Shown piece after piece: positions 17,539 through 28,172 of a DNA stretch of 53,283 nt; position 1 is the first letter of the stretch, and each line of letters opens with the position of its first letter. The translations under genes and the position numbers were made by a program. Under the pieces are notes generated by a model that was not told the DNA's origin, searched no databases, and saw nothing but the letters and a program-made list of their open reading frames with translations. The DNA comes from a virus. Lineage: Duplodnaviria; Caudoviricetes. The stretch lies in IMG/VR virus record IMGVR_UViG_3300021090_000027, positions 1 to 53,283 of that record. The stretch is one strand, 5' to 3'.

Positions 17539-17760
17539 ATGGCTGATAACGCGTATAACACTCCAACTCCTGGTCCTTTGGGTGAGAAGCCGTTTGGTGC
17601 TGATTGGGATGCTGCGGTTACTACGCAGCCTTTCATTTTGGTGTCTGAGGCTGGTGTGATCAACACTATTTGGGTTGATGCTACTGGTGATCTTCGGATT
17701 AAGCAGACGACGGCTCCGACGTCGGGCACCGATGGTACTGTGATTGGTACTCAGGCGTAA
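17539..17760 (+). CDS. small probable virion protein
   Basis: AAGGA RBS; WVDATGDLRIK...PTS.TDGTVIGTQ. Confidence 0.7.
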   Translation: MADNAYNTPTPGPLGEKPFGADWDAAVTTQPFILVSEAGVINTIWVDATGDLRIKQTTAPTSGTDGTVIGTQA

Positions 17761-19652
17761 TGGCTAATCCGGCGGGGATCAGCCGGAAGCTTGAGGCGCA
17801 GGAAGTTGTTCTCCGGGAAATCAGTCTGGGGAAAACTGTTGCTGAGGCGTGTGAGACTGCCGGTAGGTCCGTAAAGAGTTATGAGAACTGGCGGTCTGAG
17901 GACCCTGCCTTCGCTGGCAGGGTTGATGAGGCCCGGTCTAACCGGAACTTCATGAAGAAGACTGGTGTGTCGAAAGACAATGTTCGGATGTCTTTCGAGG
18001 AGTGGCGTTTTAAGTTTTTGGGTCGTGAGACGTATCCGCATCAGCGGATGTGGATTGATATTATTGAGGGTCGGGAGCCGACGGATTTGCATCCGTCGAT
18101 GGTGTATGAACCGGCCAGACCGAACCGGTTGCTGATTAACACTCCTCCGTTCCATGCTAAGTCCACGATTATTACGCAGGAGTATGTTGCGTACCGTATT
18201 TGTATGAAGGCCACGGTACGTGTATGTATCGTTTCTAAAACACAGCAGAAGGCCAAAAAATTTTTATATAGCGTGAAAAAGATGCTGACGTCTCGCCAGT
18301 ATGCTCCGATGCAGGCGGCGTATGCACCGCCTGATGGTTTCAGGCATCCGGATTTCCCGTGGACTGCTACCATGATTTACGTTGATAACCCTGAGGGGTC
18401 CGAGAAGGATCCCACGGTGGAAGTCCTCGGGATCAGGGGAGACATCTATGGTGGCCGGTACGACCTGATCATCCTTGATGACTGTGTCACGAAGGAGAAC
18501 TGTAGCGAGTGGGAGAAGCAACTTGACTGGATCAACCAGGAGGTTTCTTCCCGGCTCTACAAGGGCAAGCTCATCGTGGTGGGTACACGAGTCGCTAGCA
18601 CGGACCTTTACAGCGAACTGCGGAATCCAGACAACTTCACGTCAGGCGTTTCCGCCTGGACGTACTTGTCGCAACCAGCGGTGCTACAGTTCGCTGATGA
18701 CCCTCAGGACTGGACGACGCTGTGGCCCCGATCGAATGCCCCGCTTGATGCGGAGGACGCGGGAGAACCAGATGCAGACGGTTTGTATGCGGCTTGGGAC
18801 GGACCTGCGCTCCGTGAAGTACGCGATGCTATTCGTCTCTCCACCTGGTCTCTTGTCTACATGCAACAACAGGTGGCTGACGATGCGGTATTTAATCCGG
18901 AGTGCGTACGTGCCTGCGTCAACCGTATCCGGAAACCGGGCCCGCTGATAGCTGGTGCTTTCGGTCATCTCCGTCAGGGGATGGAGGGCCAGTACATTAT
19001 TGCGAGTATGGACCCGGCGATGACCGGGGAAACATTCACCCTCGTGTATGCGGTGGATAAGAACGATAAGAAGCGTAGGGTGTTGAATTGTTGGGCGAAG
19101 GCTTCGCCTACGCCCGCATATATTCGGGATATGATCCAGGCGGTCACTGAAGAGTACGGTGTTCATGAATGGGTTATTGAGCAGAACGCTTTCCAGTTGT
19201 TCCTGATTCATGATGAACGTATTCGCGCGTATTGTAATTCGCGTGGGGTGAAGATCACCCCACACTACACCAGTAGGAATAAGATTGACCCTGATTTTGG
19301 GGTTGCGTCTGTGGCCCCGTTGTTCGGGTCCTTGAAGGTACGCGATGACGGGCGCAGGACAGGTCTTGACCATAATGGGGATAACTTCATTGAGCTCCCT
19401 TTGAACAACAATGAGGGTATCAAAGCCCTCATTGACCAGTTGATTACCTGGGAACCAGGGAAGCTGGGGAAGAATTTGAAGCAGGACGGCCCTATGGCTC
19501 TGTGGTTCGCGGAACTTCGCGCAAGAGCCATACTGGGAGACGGCCGTCCGAAGCGTCTTCACTTTGTGGAGAATCCCTATCTAAGTCGTGGGGATCGGAA
19601 GCAGCAGGTGGTTGTTCCTGCTGGGTCGTTCCGGACGGTTCTGACTCTGTAG
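17760..19652 (+). CDS. terL: terminase large subunit with N-terminal HTH
   Basis: PPFHAKST Walker A variant, DLIILDD Walker B, SMDPA / IEQN / QDGPMALWF nuclease motifs. Confidence 0.92.
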   Translation: MANPAGISRKLEAQEVVLREISLGKTVAEACETAGRSVKSYENWRSEDPAFAGRVDEARSNRNFMKKTGVSKDNVRMSFEEWRFKFLGRETYPHQRMWIDIIEGREPTDLHPSMVYEPARPNRLLINTPPFHAKSTIITQEYVAYRICMKATVRVCIVSKTQQKAKKFLYSVKKMLTSRQYAPMQAAYAPPDGFRHPDFPWTATMIYVDNPEGSEKDPTVEVLGIRGDIYGGRYDLIILDDCVTKENCSEWEKQLDWINQEVSSRLYKGKLIVVGTRVASTDLYSELRNPDNFTSGVSAWTYLSQPAVLQFADDPQDWTTLWPRSNAPLDAEDAGEPDADGLYAAWDGPALREVRDAIRLSTWSLVYMQQQVADDAVFNPECVRACVNRIRKPGPLIAGAFGHLRQGMEGQYIIASMDPAMTGETFTLVYAVDKNDKKRRVLNCWAKASPTPAYIRDMIQAVTEEYGVHEWVIEQNAFQLFLIHDERIRAYCNSRGVKITPHYTSRNKIDPDFGVASVAPLFGSLKVRDDGRRTGLDHNGDNFIELPLNNNEGIKALIDQLITWEPGKLGKNLKQDGPMALWFAELRARAILGDGRPKRLHFVENPYLSRGDRKQQVVVPAGSFRTVLTL

Positions 19653-19800
19653 GCCCGTCCCATGAACCGGTTACTCTTACCGTTGCGCACCAGGATTCGC
19701 TGTTCCTGGTGCCGAATGCTTTCGGCCGGTGAAAGCAGAACGGCCATTGGGCTAGTCTCCCGCACGTCCGGCAGACGTCGATGAGCCAGGTTTGTTTCAT
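19492..19800 (-). CDS. antisense Cys-rich small protein
   Basis: MKQTWLIDVCRTCG...FCFH; GGAAAG upstream; fills the terL-portal gap. Confidence 0.45.
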   Translation of the reverse strand: MKQTWLIDVCRTCGRLAQWPFCFHRPKAFGTRNSESWCATVRVTGSWDGPTESEPSGTTQQEQPPAASDPHDLDRDSPQSEDASDGRLPVWLLREVPRTTEP

Positions 19801-19850
19801 TCGGTCACACTTTCCCAGATGCTTTGATCCATAACATAAGAGGATACCAG

Positions 19851-21680
19851 ATGTACGATGCCCACGATTTGGGTGATATCCCCGCAAGGGTAGACGCCCT
19901 GAGGGCTCGCTACACGCTGTCTGATAGCAGGGCTGCGGAGATCCAAGCGGTCCGCCGTGGTGACTTTGAGGCGATTGCCCCGGACCTTTTCAGTGACCAG
20001 TTTAAACGCCCTGTTGTGGCGAATATGATTGACACAGCAGCGAGGGATATGGCTGCAATGCTGGCACCCTTGCCAGCATTCAACTGCTCCTCAAGTAGCA
20101 TGTTGTCTGAGCGGGCCAGGAACTTCGCTGACAAGCGAACGAAGATCGCTAGGGATTATGTGTCGTCGTCTGAGGTTGAGTTGCAGATGGCGGATCGTGG
20201 CGCCGACAACTACAACAGTTATGGCATGCTGGTTGGGTGTGTTGAACCCGACTTTGAGAACAAAACACCCTATATTCGGATCGAATCCAGTGTGGGTGCG
20301 TACCCGGTATGGAATGACCGGGGTGAGACGGTAGAGTTCGCTCGTGTCTACTACCGAGACTGGTTCTCCATCGAAGCCGACTACCCCCACCTTGCCAGTC
20401 TTAAGTCCAAGTACCCTATGGGCGTGCATTCCAACGAACAGGTGGAATGCGTCAAATACGTCAGCGCTAAACGATGCCTCACATATCTTCCTAGGATGGG
20501 AAACTGTCCTCTTGAGGACTTCCCAAACCCTATGGGAAAATGTTACTACTACGTCGCTAAGCGACCCAACGCTGAAGAGGGCGGTATCAAGGGCGCTTAT
20601 GATGATGTCGTCTGGATTCAGCTTGCGCGCCACCGTATTCAAATGCTTCTCATGGAAGGTATTGATAAGAGCGTTCGCGCTCCAATCATCGTCCCCCCTG
20701 ACGTGGATGATGTTTCCCTCGGACCTGATGGGATCATTCACACTGCGGGCGGTGCCGCGAGCGTTGGGCGCGCACGGCTCGAAATGCCAGCACAAGCATT
20801 CGGGGCTGTTGAGCAGCTAAAGGCTGAGGTGCAGGTGGGCTCGATGAGCCCTGAAGCACGCTCAGGTAGTAGTGACGCAAGCCAGATCACCGGTCGTGGT
20901 TTGCAGGAACTCGCAGCTGGTTTCTCTTCGCAGATCAGTGTTGCCCAAACGGTGTTCAAGGCATGGTTTAAGAAGATCATCGCTGGTTGTTTCGAGATGG
21001 ACGAGAAACTATTCCCGTCCAAGAGTAAGGAAATCCGGGGGAACGATGCCGGTGTCCCTTATTCGATTACCTATTCTCCGGCGAAGGATATCAATGGTGA
21101 TCACTCCATTGATATCACGTATGGTTTCGCTGCTGGTCTTGACCCTAACCGGGCTTTGGTGTTCCTACTCCAGGCTGATGGTGCGGGGCTGGTGTCCAAA
21201 GACTACGTGCGGCGTTCACTCCCCGTAGACCTGAACGCCGTTGAGGAAGAGAAGAAGATTGTTGTTGAGCAATCACGGCAATCTATTATTCTTGCGTTCT
21301 CTGCGCTAGCGCAGAGCATACCACAAATGGCTGCGTCGGGTATGGACCCGACTGTGGTGATCTCACAGCAAGCTAAATTCATTATGCTTCTACAAAAGGG
21401 TAAAACAGTGGAGGAGGCTGCGACGGAAGCGTTAGCTCCACCTGAACCGCCTCCTGGTGCACCGGTTGATGAAGCTGGTGCCGCTGCTCCTGGTGCACCG
21501 GGAGGTGCCCCGGCTGGTTTTGAATCTAGTGGGTTGCCTGCTGGTCTGGAGATGGGTGCAGCTACGGAGGGCCCTCAGGGCCGCCCTGACCTATCTCAAA
21601 TGTTCGCCGGTCTTAGCGCTAGCGGTGCTCCCCAATTGTCCGGCGGCGTGAGCCGTCAGGCTCCCGTTGTGAATGGATAA
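19851..21680 (+). CDS. portal protein
   Basis: Position after terL, size ~610 aa, Pro/Gly-rich tail. Confidence 0.85.
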   Translation: MYDAHDLGDIPARVDALRARYTLSDSRAAEIQAVRRGDFEAIAPDLFSDQFKRPVVANMIDTAARDMAAMLAPLPAFNCSSSSMLSERARNFADKRTKIARDYVSSSEVELQMADRGADNYNSYGMLVGCVEPDFENKTPYIRIESSVGAYPVWNDRGETVEFARVYYRDWFSIEADYPHLASLKSKYPMGVHSNEQVECVKYVSAKRCLTYLPRMGNCPLEDFPNPMGKCYYYVAKRPNAEEGGIKGAYDDVVWIQLARHRIQMLLMEGIDKSVRAPIIVPPDVDDVSLGPDGIIHTAGGAASVGRARLEMPAQAFGAVEQLKAEVQVGSMSPEARSGSSDASQITGRGLQELAAGFSSQISVAQTVFKAWFKKIIAGCFEMDEKLFPSKSKEIRGNDAGVPYSITYSPAKDINGDHSIDITYGFAAGLDPNRALVFLLQADGAGLVSKDYVRRSLPVDLNAVEEEKKIVVEQSRQSIILAFSALAQSIPQMAASGMDPTVVISQQAKFIMLLQKGKTVEEAATEALAPPEPPPGAPVDEAGAAAPGAPGGAPAGFESSGLPAGLEMGAATEGPQGRPDLSQMFAGLSASGAPQLSGGVSRQAPVVNG

Positions 21681-22121
21681 ATGATGGCTAGTGGTGGCTA
21701 CCGTAAACCCGCTAACCCAGCGCCCGTGAGCGGGCCTGGTAAGTACTCACGGCGTACGGATGGTCAACCGACGATGGACCTACCGAACGCACAATATGGT
21801 GAGAACGCTTCCTTTAGGGAAGCACAACAGGGAGCTTCGCTCTCTTCTGATTCTTCCGCATCGGCAGGGTCGTCCTCTGCGTCGGCTCCGTCATTTGTAG
21901 GCATGGGGGCTCCATCCCAAGAGCCGGGCACGCCGGTCACTGCTGGTGCGGACATGGGTGCCGGTCCAGGGCTTGAGGCTCTGGGCATCCGTGGGGCTGC
22001 ATCAGAAGACTCTGAGTCTCTTAGAAAGTATTTGCCGACACTGATTGAGATCGCCCAACGTGATGACACGTTGCCTGGTACGAAACGTTGGCTACGAAAT
22101 GTGATCGCTAACCTTAGCTGA
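21681..22121 (+). CDS. conserved structural-region protein
   Basis: GGYRKP.NPAPVSGPG..S.RTDG. Confidence 0.75.
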   Translation: MMASGGYRKPANPAPVSGPGKYSRRTDGQPTMDLPNAQYGENASFREAQQGASLSSDSSASAGSSSASAPSFVGMGAPSQEPGTPVTAGADMGAGPGLEALGIRGAASEDSESLRKYLPTLIEIAQRDDTLPGTKRWLRNVIANLS

Positions 22122-22131
22122 GGGAAACATA

Positions 22132-25100
22132 ATGTCGTTCTTTGACCGAGTAGGTGAAGCGTTTGATGAATTCACCCACTGGAAAATGAGCGATGCCCCC
22201 GGTGATATCGGTTCAGCTATTGGTGGTGCCTGGTCTTCTGCGGCTAACTGGAAAGTTGACCGGGATTCCTGGTTTCATAAACCAGCAGAGGGTATCGCGT
22301 GGGCGACATCACCTATTACTGATGCGTCAACGGACCTTGTTAAGGGTGCCGGTGAGGCCCTGAATTGGGCTTACTCGTACGGGCTTGCCCGCCCGTTGAG
22401 TACAGGCTTTCAGCAAGAGACGAATCTTTTCAATGGGCAGTTCAGTAAGCTGTCTTCCGCTGATGCGTGGAATGAAGCGTGGAACAGGTCTGAGGAAATC
22501 AGCCCTGGCCAATCTGTTGTGACCCTTGCCACGAACATTTGGGAACCTGTGGTCCAGGTTGGTCCTGACTGGATGACTGAGTCCCCGGACCCTTACGCCC
22601 CGATGTTGGCGAAGGACCGTGAGGACTTCTTCCGGAACACGTTCTGGGGAAAAATGTCCTCAGGAACAATTGATGCCCTGGGTGTTATCGCCGCTGATCC
22701 TGGTTATCTTGCGTTGAAGGTGGCGCGTAAAGCGCAGCTTGCTAAGGTCACCGTGGCCTCTGATGATATCCCTGATGTGATCGCGAAAGCGGTCAAGACG
22801 GATAACCTGAAGGGCAGTCAAGGGTTCGATTATGGTGTCCGCCCGGACACTGCACCGGTGACTGGTACTACCCGTTTGTCAGCGAAGAAAGCTGATCAGG
22901 CGCAACGCCTGTCTCAAATGTTCGACAGGATCGATAACACGCCACGGCGTGAACTTCAGTTCATGCCGGAGCTACGCGGCCATGAGGACGCGAACAGTCT
23001 GGCGGTACTTTTTACTAGGGCGAAAACGGAACACGCTGACGACGCTGTAGAGCGCCGTAAGGCGTTCGGTGACATCATTGGTACCGCGTGGGGTGACGCG
23101 GCGTCTATGGCCCGTCTGACGGCCCGCAAGGACGGGCTAGCGACTGACTTCGAGCGTCTATCGACTGCACCTCCACAGAATCTGTGGATGTGGCGCGGGT
23201 CGGCCTGGGAACCGGATACTGCTGCGAACCTTGCTGCGGAACGCGCGGTCAAGGAACAGTTGGAAACGATGAACGACCAGCTGACTCGCATGGATGATGT
23301 GATCAACTGGTCAGGGCAGGGCGCTGGCCCCACCCGTGTGGGTAGCACATTCTTTGAACGGTCGCAGCAAGCGACCGCGCTTAAAGCTATCAACGAGTCC
23401 TGGTCAACATCTGGGCTCGCTTCTGCACCAATCCGGATTGTGACCGCTCATGCGGGTACCCGCATCCCCAGTCATATCAACATCAAGGACCCCGTTGCCG
23501 GGGCCGATGACCTGGTTAATGTTCTGCGGCTGATGAGGTATACGGACGCTAAGGCGAAGCAGAAGCTGATGGACGGGTTTGTTCGTGCCAGCACAGTCGA
23601 TCAGCGGATGAGTGTTGTTGATGGTGTCCGCAATCAGATCGTCGCTGACGCGGCGAGGAAATACGGGCTGACTCCTGATCAGGCTAAGAAGCTGATCGCC
23701 GCCGGGAATTACCGGATGGAAACTGTCCGAAACTCGCTGAAGAAACGCTTGTACTCAGCTGCTGGTGATGAACGGTATGTGGTCTTCGCTGATCCCGAAG
23801 ACGATATCATCCACATGTTTGATAAGCCTTTCCTGAAGTCTCAACTTGAGGACTCTCATCCGATCATTGATCCACGGGAAGTGGATCACGCGGTAAAGAT
23901 TGCGTCTCGTTCACGGCTCCTCGACCATGCTGGTCGTGCCGGAGAAGTTACCGCTGATAGTTTCGGTGCTCTACGGGACCTCGGTTTCGATGCCATGAAT
24001 ATGGCAACGAAGCTGTGGAAAACCAGTGCTCTGGCCCGTGGCGCTTACCCGTTTCGTATTCAGACGGACAGCCAGTTCAGGCAGGCTGTCCACATGGAAA
24101 CAATGCAGTTCCTTGCAACCCGGTATACCGTCGTTAAGGGTGTTAAAAAGTATTTGATCAGCTCGAAAGACGGCGGGTCTGACACATGGTTCAACATGTT
24201 CAAGGAAGGCGATATTGAAAAAGGTCTCATTGACACGTTGACCCGCGACCTTGGTCATGGGTCACGCTGGAATCTGACCGCTGATGATGTGGAACCGATC
24301 GCCCGGCAAATCGTCGCCACTGGTGGTGGCCCGGCTGACCTAGCTAACGAGCTAGCTAACAGGGTCCTGACGAAGCGTCGCACAGGTGACTATAGTGCGA
24401 TCCCACCGACTCATCCTGACTGGGCTGAGTCGTATCTGCGGGTTGTGAACCAACAGATTTTCAATTCGCCGATTGCTATGGCCGCGTTGGAGAACCCGAA
24501 CATCCCGGATCTTCTCCGGTTGATCCGGACGGTTCCCGCGCTCCGTAAGGAATACCATGAGGTTGGGGTAAGGTTCGATAACGAAACCGAATGGTTGCGG
24601 GCAGTGATCATGAACAATGATCATTATATTCCGAACGCGAAAATGCGTCGGACTATTCTCCGTCAGGTCCCCACTGATGATATTAAAAGAGTCAATGCTG
24701 CCCTGAATGAGATCCGCACCCAGTTGAAAGCTCTTCCCAGGAAGAAAGCTGACCGGACTCCGGAACAGGAACTTGAACGTCAGCAGTTGGTTAAGTTTCG
24801 TTTCAAGATGAACGGTGTCCTGACGCGGGCTAAAGAACGCGGTGACAGCACGGTTATTAAACCGACCCGGGTTGACGCCCGGGAGCTGATGGATTTGTTC
24901 AAGGGTTCTAAGCCCAAGGTGAAGCCGATGCCGGTCCACGGTGAAGGCTTCTCCGTTATTGAACAGTCTAAGATTGTTGCCTCATACAATGGGCTCCGCA
25001 ATGGGTTCTTCAAATATGCGGCTGACGTGCCGGAAACAATCATGGCGCGCAGCCCACTATTCTGGGACTCTTACCGGCAACAGATCGGGTTGGCTCTTGA

Positions 25101-26772
25101 ACGTCTCGACGAAGATCAGATAGCGCAAATCGGTGTAGATCAGATCCGTCAGAACGCGATGCGGCAGGCCCGGAAACAGGTCGGGCAGATCCTCTTCGAT
25201 TCGTCGCATAGTTCGAACATGGCATCATCGATGAAGTTCCTGAGCCCGTTCTTCTCCGCGTGGGAAGACACCATGACTAAATGGTCCAAGCTCATGTACA
25301 ACAACCCTCAGTTGATTGCCCGCGTCAACCAGGGTTTGCAGGTCGCCGGTGATACCGGTTCCCTCCAGGACGAACAGGGGAACCGTATTGATGCGCGTGG
25401 GCATGTCTTCAATGAAGACGGCGAACGGATCGACGACAACCCGGACTACCGGGAGTCGTCAGGGTACATTCTGCTACCGAAGGCGTTGACAAAATATACG
25501 CCGTTGCGGCTCCTCGTCGATGAGAGTGATTCAAAGAACAAGGAAGCTAAGTCTCGTGGTGGGCGGATCAGAATCCGTAAGGATTCGATCAACAGTGTTA
25601 TTCAGGGTGAACCGTGGTGGTTGCCCGGGTTCGGTCCGATGGTGGCCGTCCCCACGAACCATGTTGTTCGGGAGATGTTCCCGAAGGAAATTGATCACCC
25701 GATCCTGAAATGGATCCTCCCTTACGGGACAACCACGGAAAGTGACCTGACACAGCTTCTCCCGAAGTATGCGAAGACGTGGAAGAACGCCCTCGGGAAT
25801 ACCCGCCAATACAATGATAAGTATAAAGTGTATTTAGCTGAAGCTGTCATTGATGAACGTAACGGTGGGAAACCCGTTGACCTGGATAAGATCGCGAACA
25901 AGACCAGGAACTTCTTCATCCTGAAGGGGTTCGTTGACAACGTGTCCCCGGTGAGTATCAACCCGTCAGCTAAGAACCAGTTCTATCTTGACAAGGCCAG
26001 GGAGTACCGGTCGGACAAATCCCGTAAGGATTGGTCCGCTGACTTCGACAGAGATTTCCCCGGTTTCGGGGAAATGAAACTCGAACTGTCAACAAACGAA
26101 ACAGGTATTCAGGCCACGGACATGGCCTGGGATGCTCAGAAACGTTTCCGGAAAATCATCAACGCTGACCCTGATAATGGGTGGCTGTACCTTGGCCCCT
26201 CGAACGCCCCTGGTGTGTTCAGTGGTGGCGTGTATGACTGGCAGGTTTCGCAGGGTTTCCGAACTCAGAAGAAACCACAGGAAGCGCTTGAGGACCTTCA
26301 GGTTGAACAGGGTTGGGACAAGTACAATAAATTCCGTGTCGCTGTGAATCTGCTTCTTGAAGAGCGGGGCCTCGTTTCGACCCAGCAGAAAGGCGCCGAA
26401 GATCTAGCGTTCGCTGTGAAGGGATACCGGCAACTTCTCGCTGAGCAGAACCCCGCGTGGGAGGAAGCTCAAGGCGCTTCCGGTGGTGGGAACCGCCCAC
26501 AGGTGATGTTACGTAAAGCTGAAGAGTTCATGGAAAAGTATCCGTCAGAGCGTTCACGCCCTGACATGGTTGCTTTGCAAAAGTATGTGAACATGCGTAA
26601 CGCTATTAAGGCAACGCTCGCGACCCGCGATAATAAGAGTTTACAGTATAACCCGGATCTCAAGTTCGCTTTGGATGCTTACGCTCAAATTCTGGTCAAG
26701 GACAATTTTGGTTTCGAGACCATGTATAACCGTGTTCTCGAATACGATAACCTTGAGAAAGACTTGAGCTGA
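22132..26772 (+). CDS. large internal virion (ejection) protein
   Basis: 1546 aa, helical, podovirus position. Confidence 0.75.
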   Translation: MSFFDRVGEAFDEFTHWKMSDAPGDIGSAIGGAWSSAANWKVDRDSWFHKPAEGIAWATSPITDASTDLVKGAGEALNWAYSYGLARPLSTGFQQETNLFNGQFSKLSSADAWNEAWNRSEEISPGQSVVTLATNIWEPVVQVGPDWMTESPDPYAPMLAKDREDFFRNTFWGKMSSGTIDALGVIAADPGYLALKVARKAQLAKVTVASDDIPDVIAKAVKTDNLKGSQGFDYGVRPDTAPVTGTTRLSAKKADQAQRLSQMFDRIDNTPRRELQFMPELRGHEDANSLAVLFTRAKTEHADDAVERRKAFGDIIGTAWGDAASMARLTARKDGLATDFERLSTAPPQNLWMWRGSAWEPDTAANLAAERAVKEQLETMNDQLTRMDDVINWSGQGAGPTRVGSTFFERSQQATALKAINESWSTSGLASAPIRIVTAHAGTRIPSHINIKDPVAGADDLVNVLRLMRYTDAKAKQKLMDGFVRASTVDQRMSVVDGVRNQIVADAARKYGLTPDQAKKLIAAGNYRMETVRNSLKKRLYSAAGDERYVVFADPEDDIIHMFDKPFLKSQLEDSHPIIDPREVDHAVKIASRSRLLDHAGRAGEVTADSFGALRDLGFDAMNMATKLWKTSALARGAYPFRIQTDSQFRQAVHMETMQFLATRYTVVKGVKKYLISSKDGGSDTWFNMFKEGDIEKGLIDTLTRDLGHGSRWNLTADDVEPIARQIVATGGGPADLANELANRVLTKRRTGDYSAIPPTHPDWAESYLRVVNQQIFNSPIAMAALENPNIPDLLRLIRTVPALRKEYHEVGVRFDNETEWLRAVIMNNDHYIPNAKMRRTILRQVPTDDIKRVNAALNEIRTQLKALPRKKADRTPEQELERQQLVKFRFKMNGVLTRAKERGDSTVIKPTRVDARELMDLFKGSKPKVKPMPVHGEGFSVIEQSKIVASYNGLRNGFFKYAADVPETIMARSPLFWDSYRQQIGLALERLDEDQIAQIGVDQIRQNAMRQARKQVGQILFDSSHSSNMASSMKFLSPFFSAWEDTMTKWSKLMYNNPQLIARVNQGLQVAGDTGSLQDEQGNRIDARGHVFNEDGERIDDNPDYRESSGYILLPKALTKYTPLRLLVDESDSKNKEAKSRGGRIRIRKDSINSVIQGEPWWLPGFGPMVAVPTNHVVREMFPKEIDHPILKWILPYGTTTESDLTQLLPKYAKTWKNALGNTRQYNDKYKVYLAEAVIDERNGGKPVDLDKIANKTRNFFILKGFVDNVSPVSINPSAKNQFYLDKAREYRSDKSRKDWSADFDRDFPGFGEMKLELSTNETGIQATDMAWDAQKRFRKIINADPDNGWLYLGPSNAPGVFSGGVYDWQVSQGFRTQKKPQEALEDLQVEQGWDKYNKFRVAVNLLLEERGLVSTQQKGAEDLAFAVKGYRQLLAEQNPAWEEAQGASGGGNRPQVMLRKAEEFMEKYPSERSRPDMVALQKYVNMRNAIKATLATRDNKSLQYNPDLKFALDAYAQILVKDNFGFETMYNRVLEYDNLEKDLS

Positions 26773-27563
26773 TGGCGTATACAGCAGATGATGCGGTTGT
26801 TGATCCGGCTGCGATGGACGCACTCCGGGATTTGGTGGGCCAATACAATGGTCCCACCGGAACACAGACCGCGAATGATGAACCAAAAGTTTGGTTTGGT
26901 TACAGTTCACACCCATCCCGGACTGATGACACACAGTCGTTGACGATGGCGAAGAACAACATTTTTACGTGGTCTCCCAGTGAACAGCAAGCATGGGTTA
27001 ATAAACTGTACCGTGCTGGGCTCATTAATGACCCAAGTAATTTTGATGCTGCAATCGCCCAGTGGAGCAGTGCTGTTGATTTCGCTGCCGGGCAGTACAC
27101 GTACGGTGGGAAGAAGGTCACCCCATGGGACGTCATACAAGACCGTCTGGGCCTGTCGAAACTTAACGGCAAGGGCAACGGTCCGAGGACGACGACGAGT
27201 ACGTCTACGGCTGCGCAGGTCCTTTCCAATGGGGACGCTGACACGATGATCAAAGCAATGTTTCAGAACCAGTTGGGGCGTGACCCTGATAAGGGTGAAC
27301 TGTCGCGTTACCGGTCGATGCTGATCAACCATGTGAGTGATAACCCAACGGTAACGAAAACAACTCAGACCGTGGATGCTAAGGGTAACTCAACGTCAAA
27401 TACTACATCTTCTGGTGGGACGAGCGAGAGCGAACTCTCCGGAATGGTGTCGTCCCGGAATACCGCTGACCCCGAATGGGGTGCCTACCAGGCTGCTACC
27501 TCCTACATGGGAGCCCTGGAGGGGCTCCTCGGGGCGGGGACACCGGATCTGACAGGTGGGTAA
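26772..27563 (+). CDS. internal virion protein
   Basis: Coupled ORF; QLGRDP motif. Confidence 0.65.
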   Translation: MAYTADDAVVDPAAMDALRDLVGQYNGPTGTQTANDEPKVWFGYSSHPSRTDDTQSLTMAKNNIFTWSPSEQQAWVNKLYRAGLINDPSNFDAAIAQWSSAVDFAAGQYTYGGKKVTPWDVIQDRLGLSKLNGKGNGPRTTTSTSTAAQVLSNGDADTMIKAMFQNQLGRDPDKGELSRYRSMLINHVSDNPTVTKTTQTVDAKGNSTSNTTSSGGTSESELSGMVSSRNTADPEWGAYQAATSYMGALEGLLGAGTPDLTGG

Positions 27564-28165
27564 TGGCTGACACTATTATCAGTGGTGCCGGGCAGGCGCT
27601 GGGAACTAAAGCTGCTGGTGTAGACCTCGGTGATTCTGCGGCTGACCCGATGGGTTTGTTTAACGCACCAGACCTACCACTTACCACTGCAACATTCGAC
27701 CAGTTCAATGGTGCTTTCAATTCCTCTGAGAATCCGTTGAACTTTTCCGGTTTCTTGAAGGACGCACCCGAGGCTGACACTGGTGGTGGGGGTGGTCGTG
27801 AGGACGTTGTTCAGTTCGCTAAAAAATTCCTCGGTATGCAGTACACGTGGGGTGGTAGCACCCCAAGTACAAGTTTCGACTGTTCAGGATTCACCAAATA
27901 TGTGTTGAGTAAGTTCGGTGTCCAGCTCCCCAGGGTCAGCTACCAGCAAGCCAATTACGGGAAACGTACCTCGATTGGGAGCCTCACGGCTGGTGATTTG
28001 GTCGCGTGGGATAACAGTTCCCGTAACAACGGTGCCGACCATATTGCGTTGTATATCGGTAATGGTCGGATCATGGAATTTTATAGTCGTGGTAAACCAA
28101 GCCGTATTCGTCGGCTTGGTAAGAATGAGGGCGCCTGGGGCGTGAAGATCAATTACCCGAAGTAG
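27563..28165 (+). CDS. NlpC/P60 peptidoglycan endopeptidase (virion-associated)
   Basis: Y.WGG...FDCSGF...LPRVS.QQ...AGDLV...HIALYIGNG. Confidence 0.93.
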   Translation: MADTIISGAGQALGTKAAGVDLGDSAADPMGLFNAPDLPLTTATFDQFNGAFNSSENPLNFSGFLKDAPEADTGGGGGREDVVQFAKKFLGMQYTWGGSTPSTSFDCSGFTKYVLSKFGVQLPRVSYQQANYGKRTSIGSLTAGDLVAWDNSSRNNGADHIALYIGNGRIMEFYSRGKPSRIRRLGKNEGAWGVKINYPK

Positions 28166-28172
28166 GTGAATT

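Noticed and set aside
22132-26772. Tape measure or virion RNA polymerase
   Set aside because: No tail-tube/chaperone genes nearby and no polymerase motifs recognised; context fits an ejection protein.
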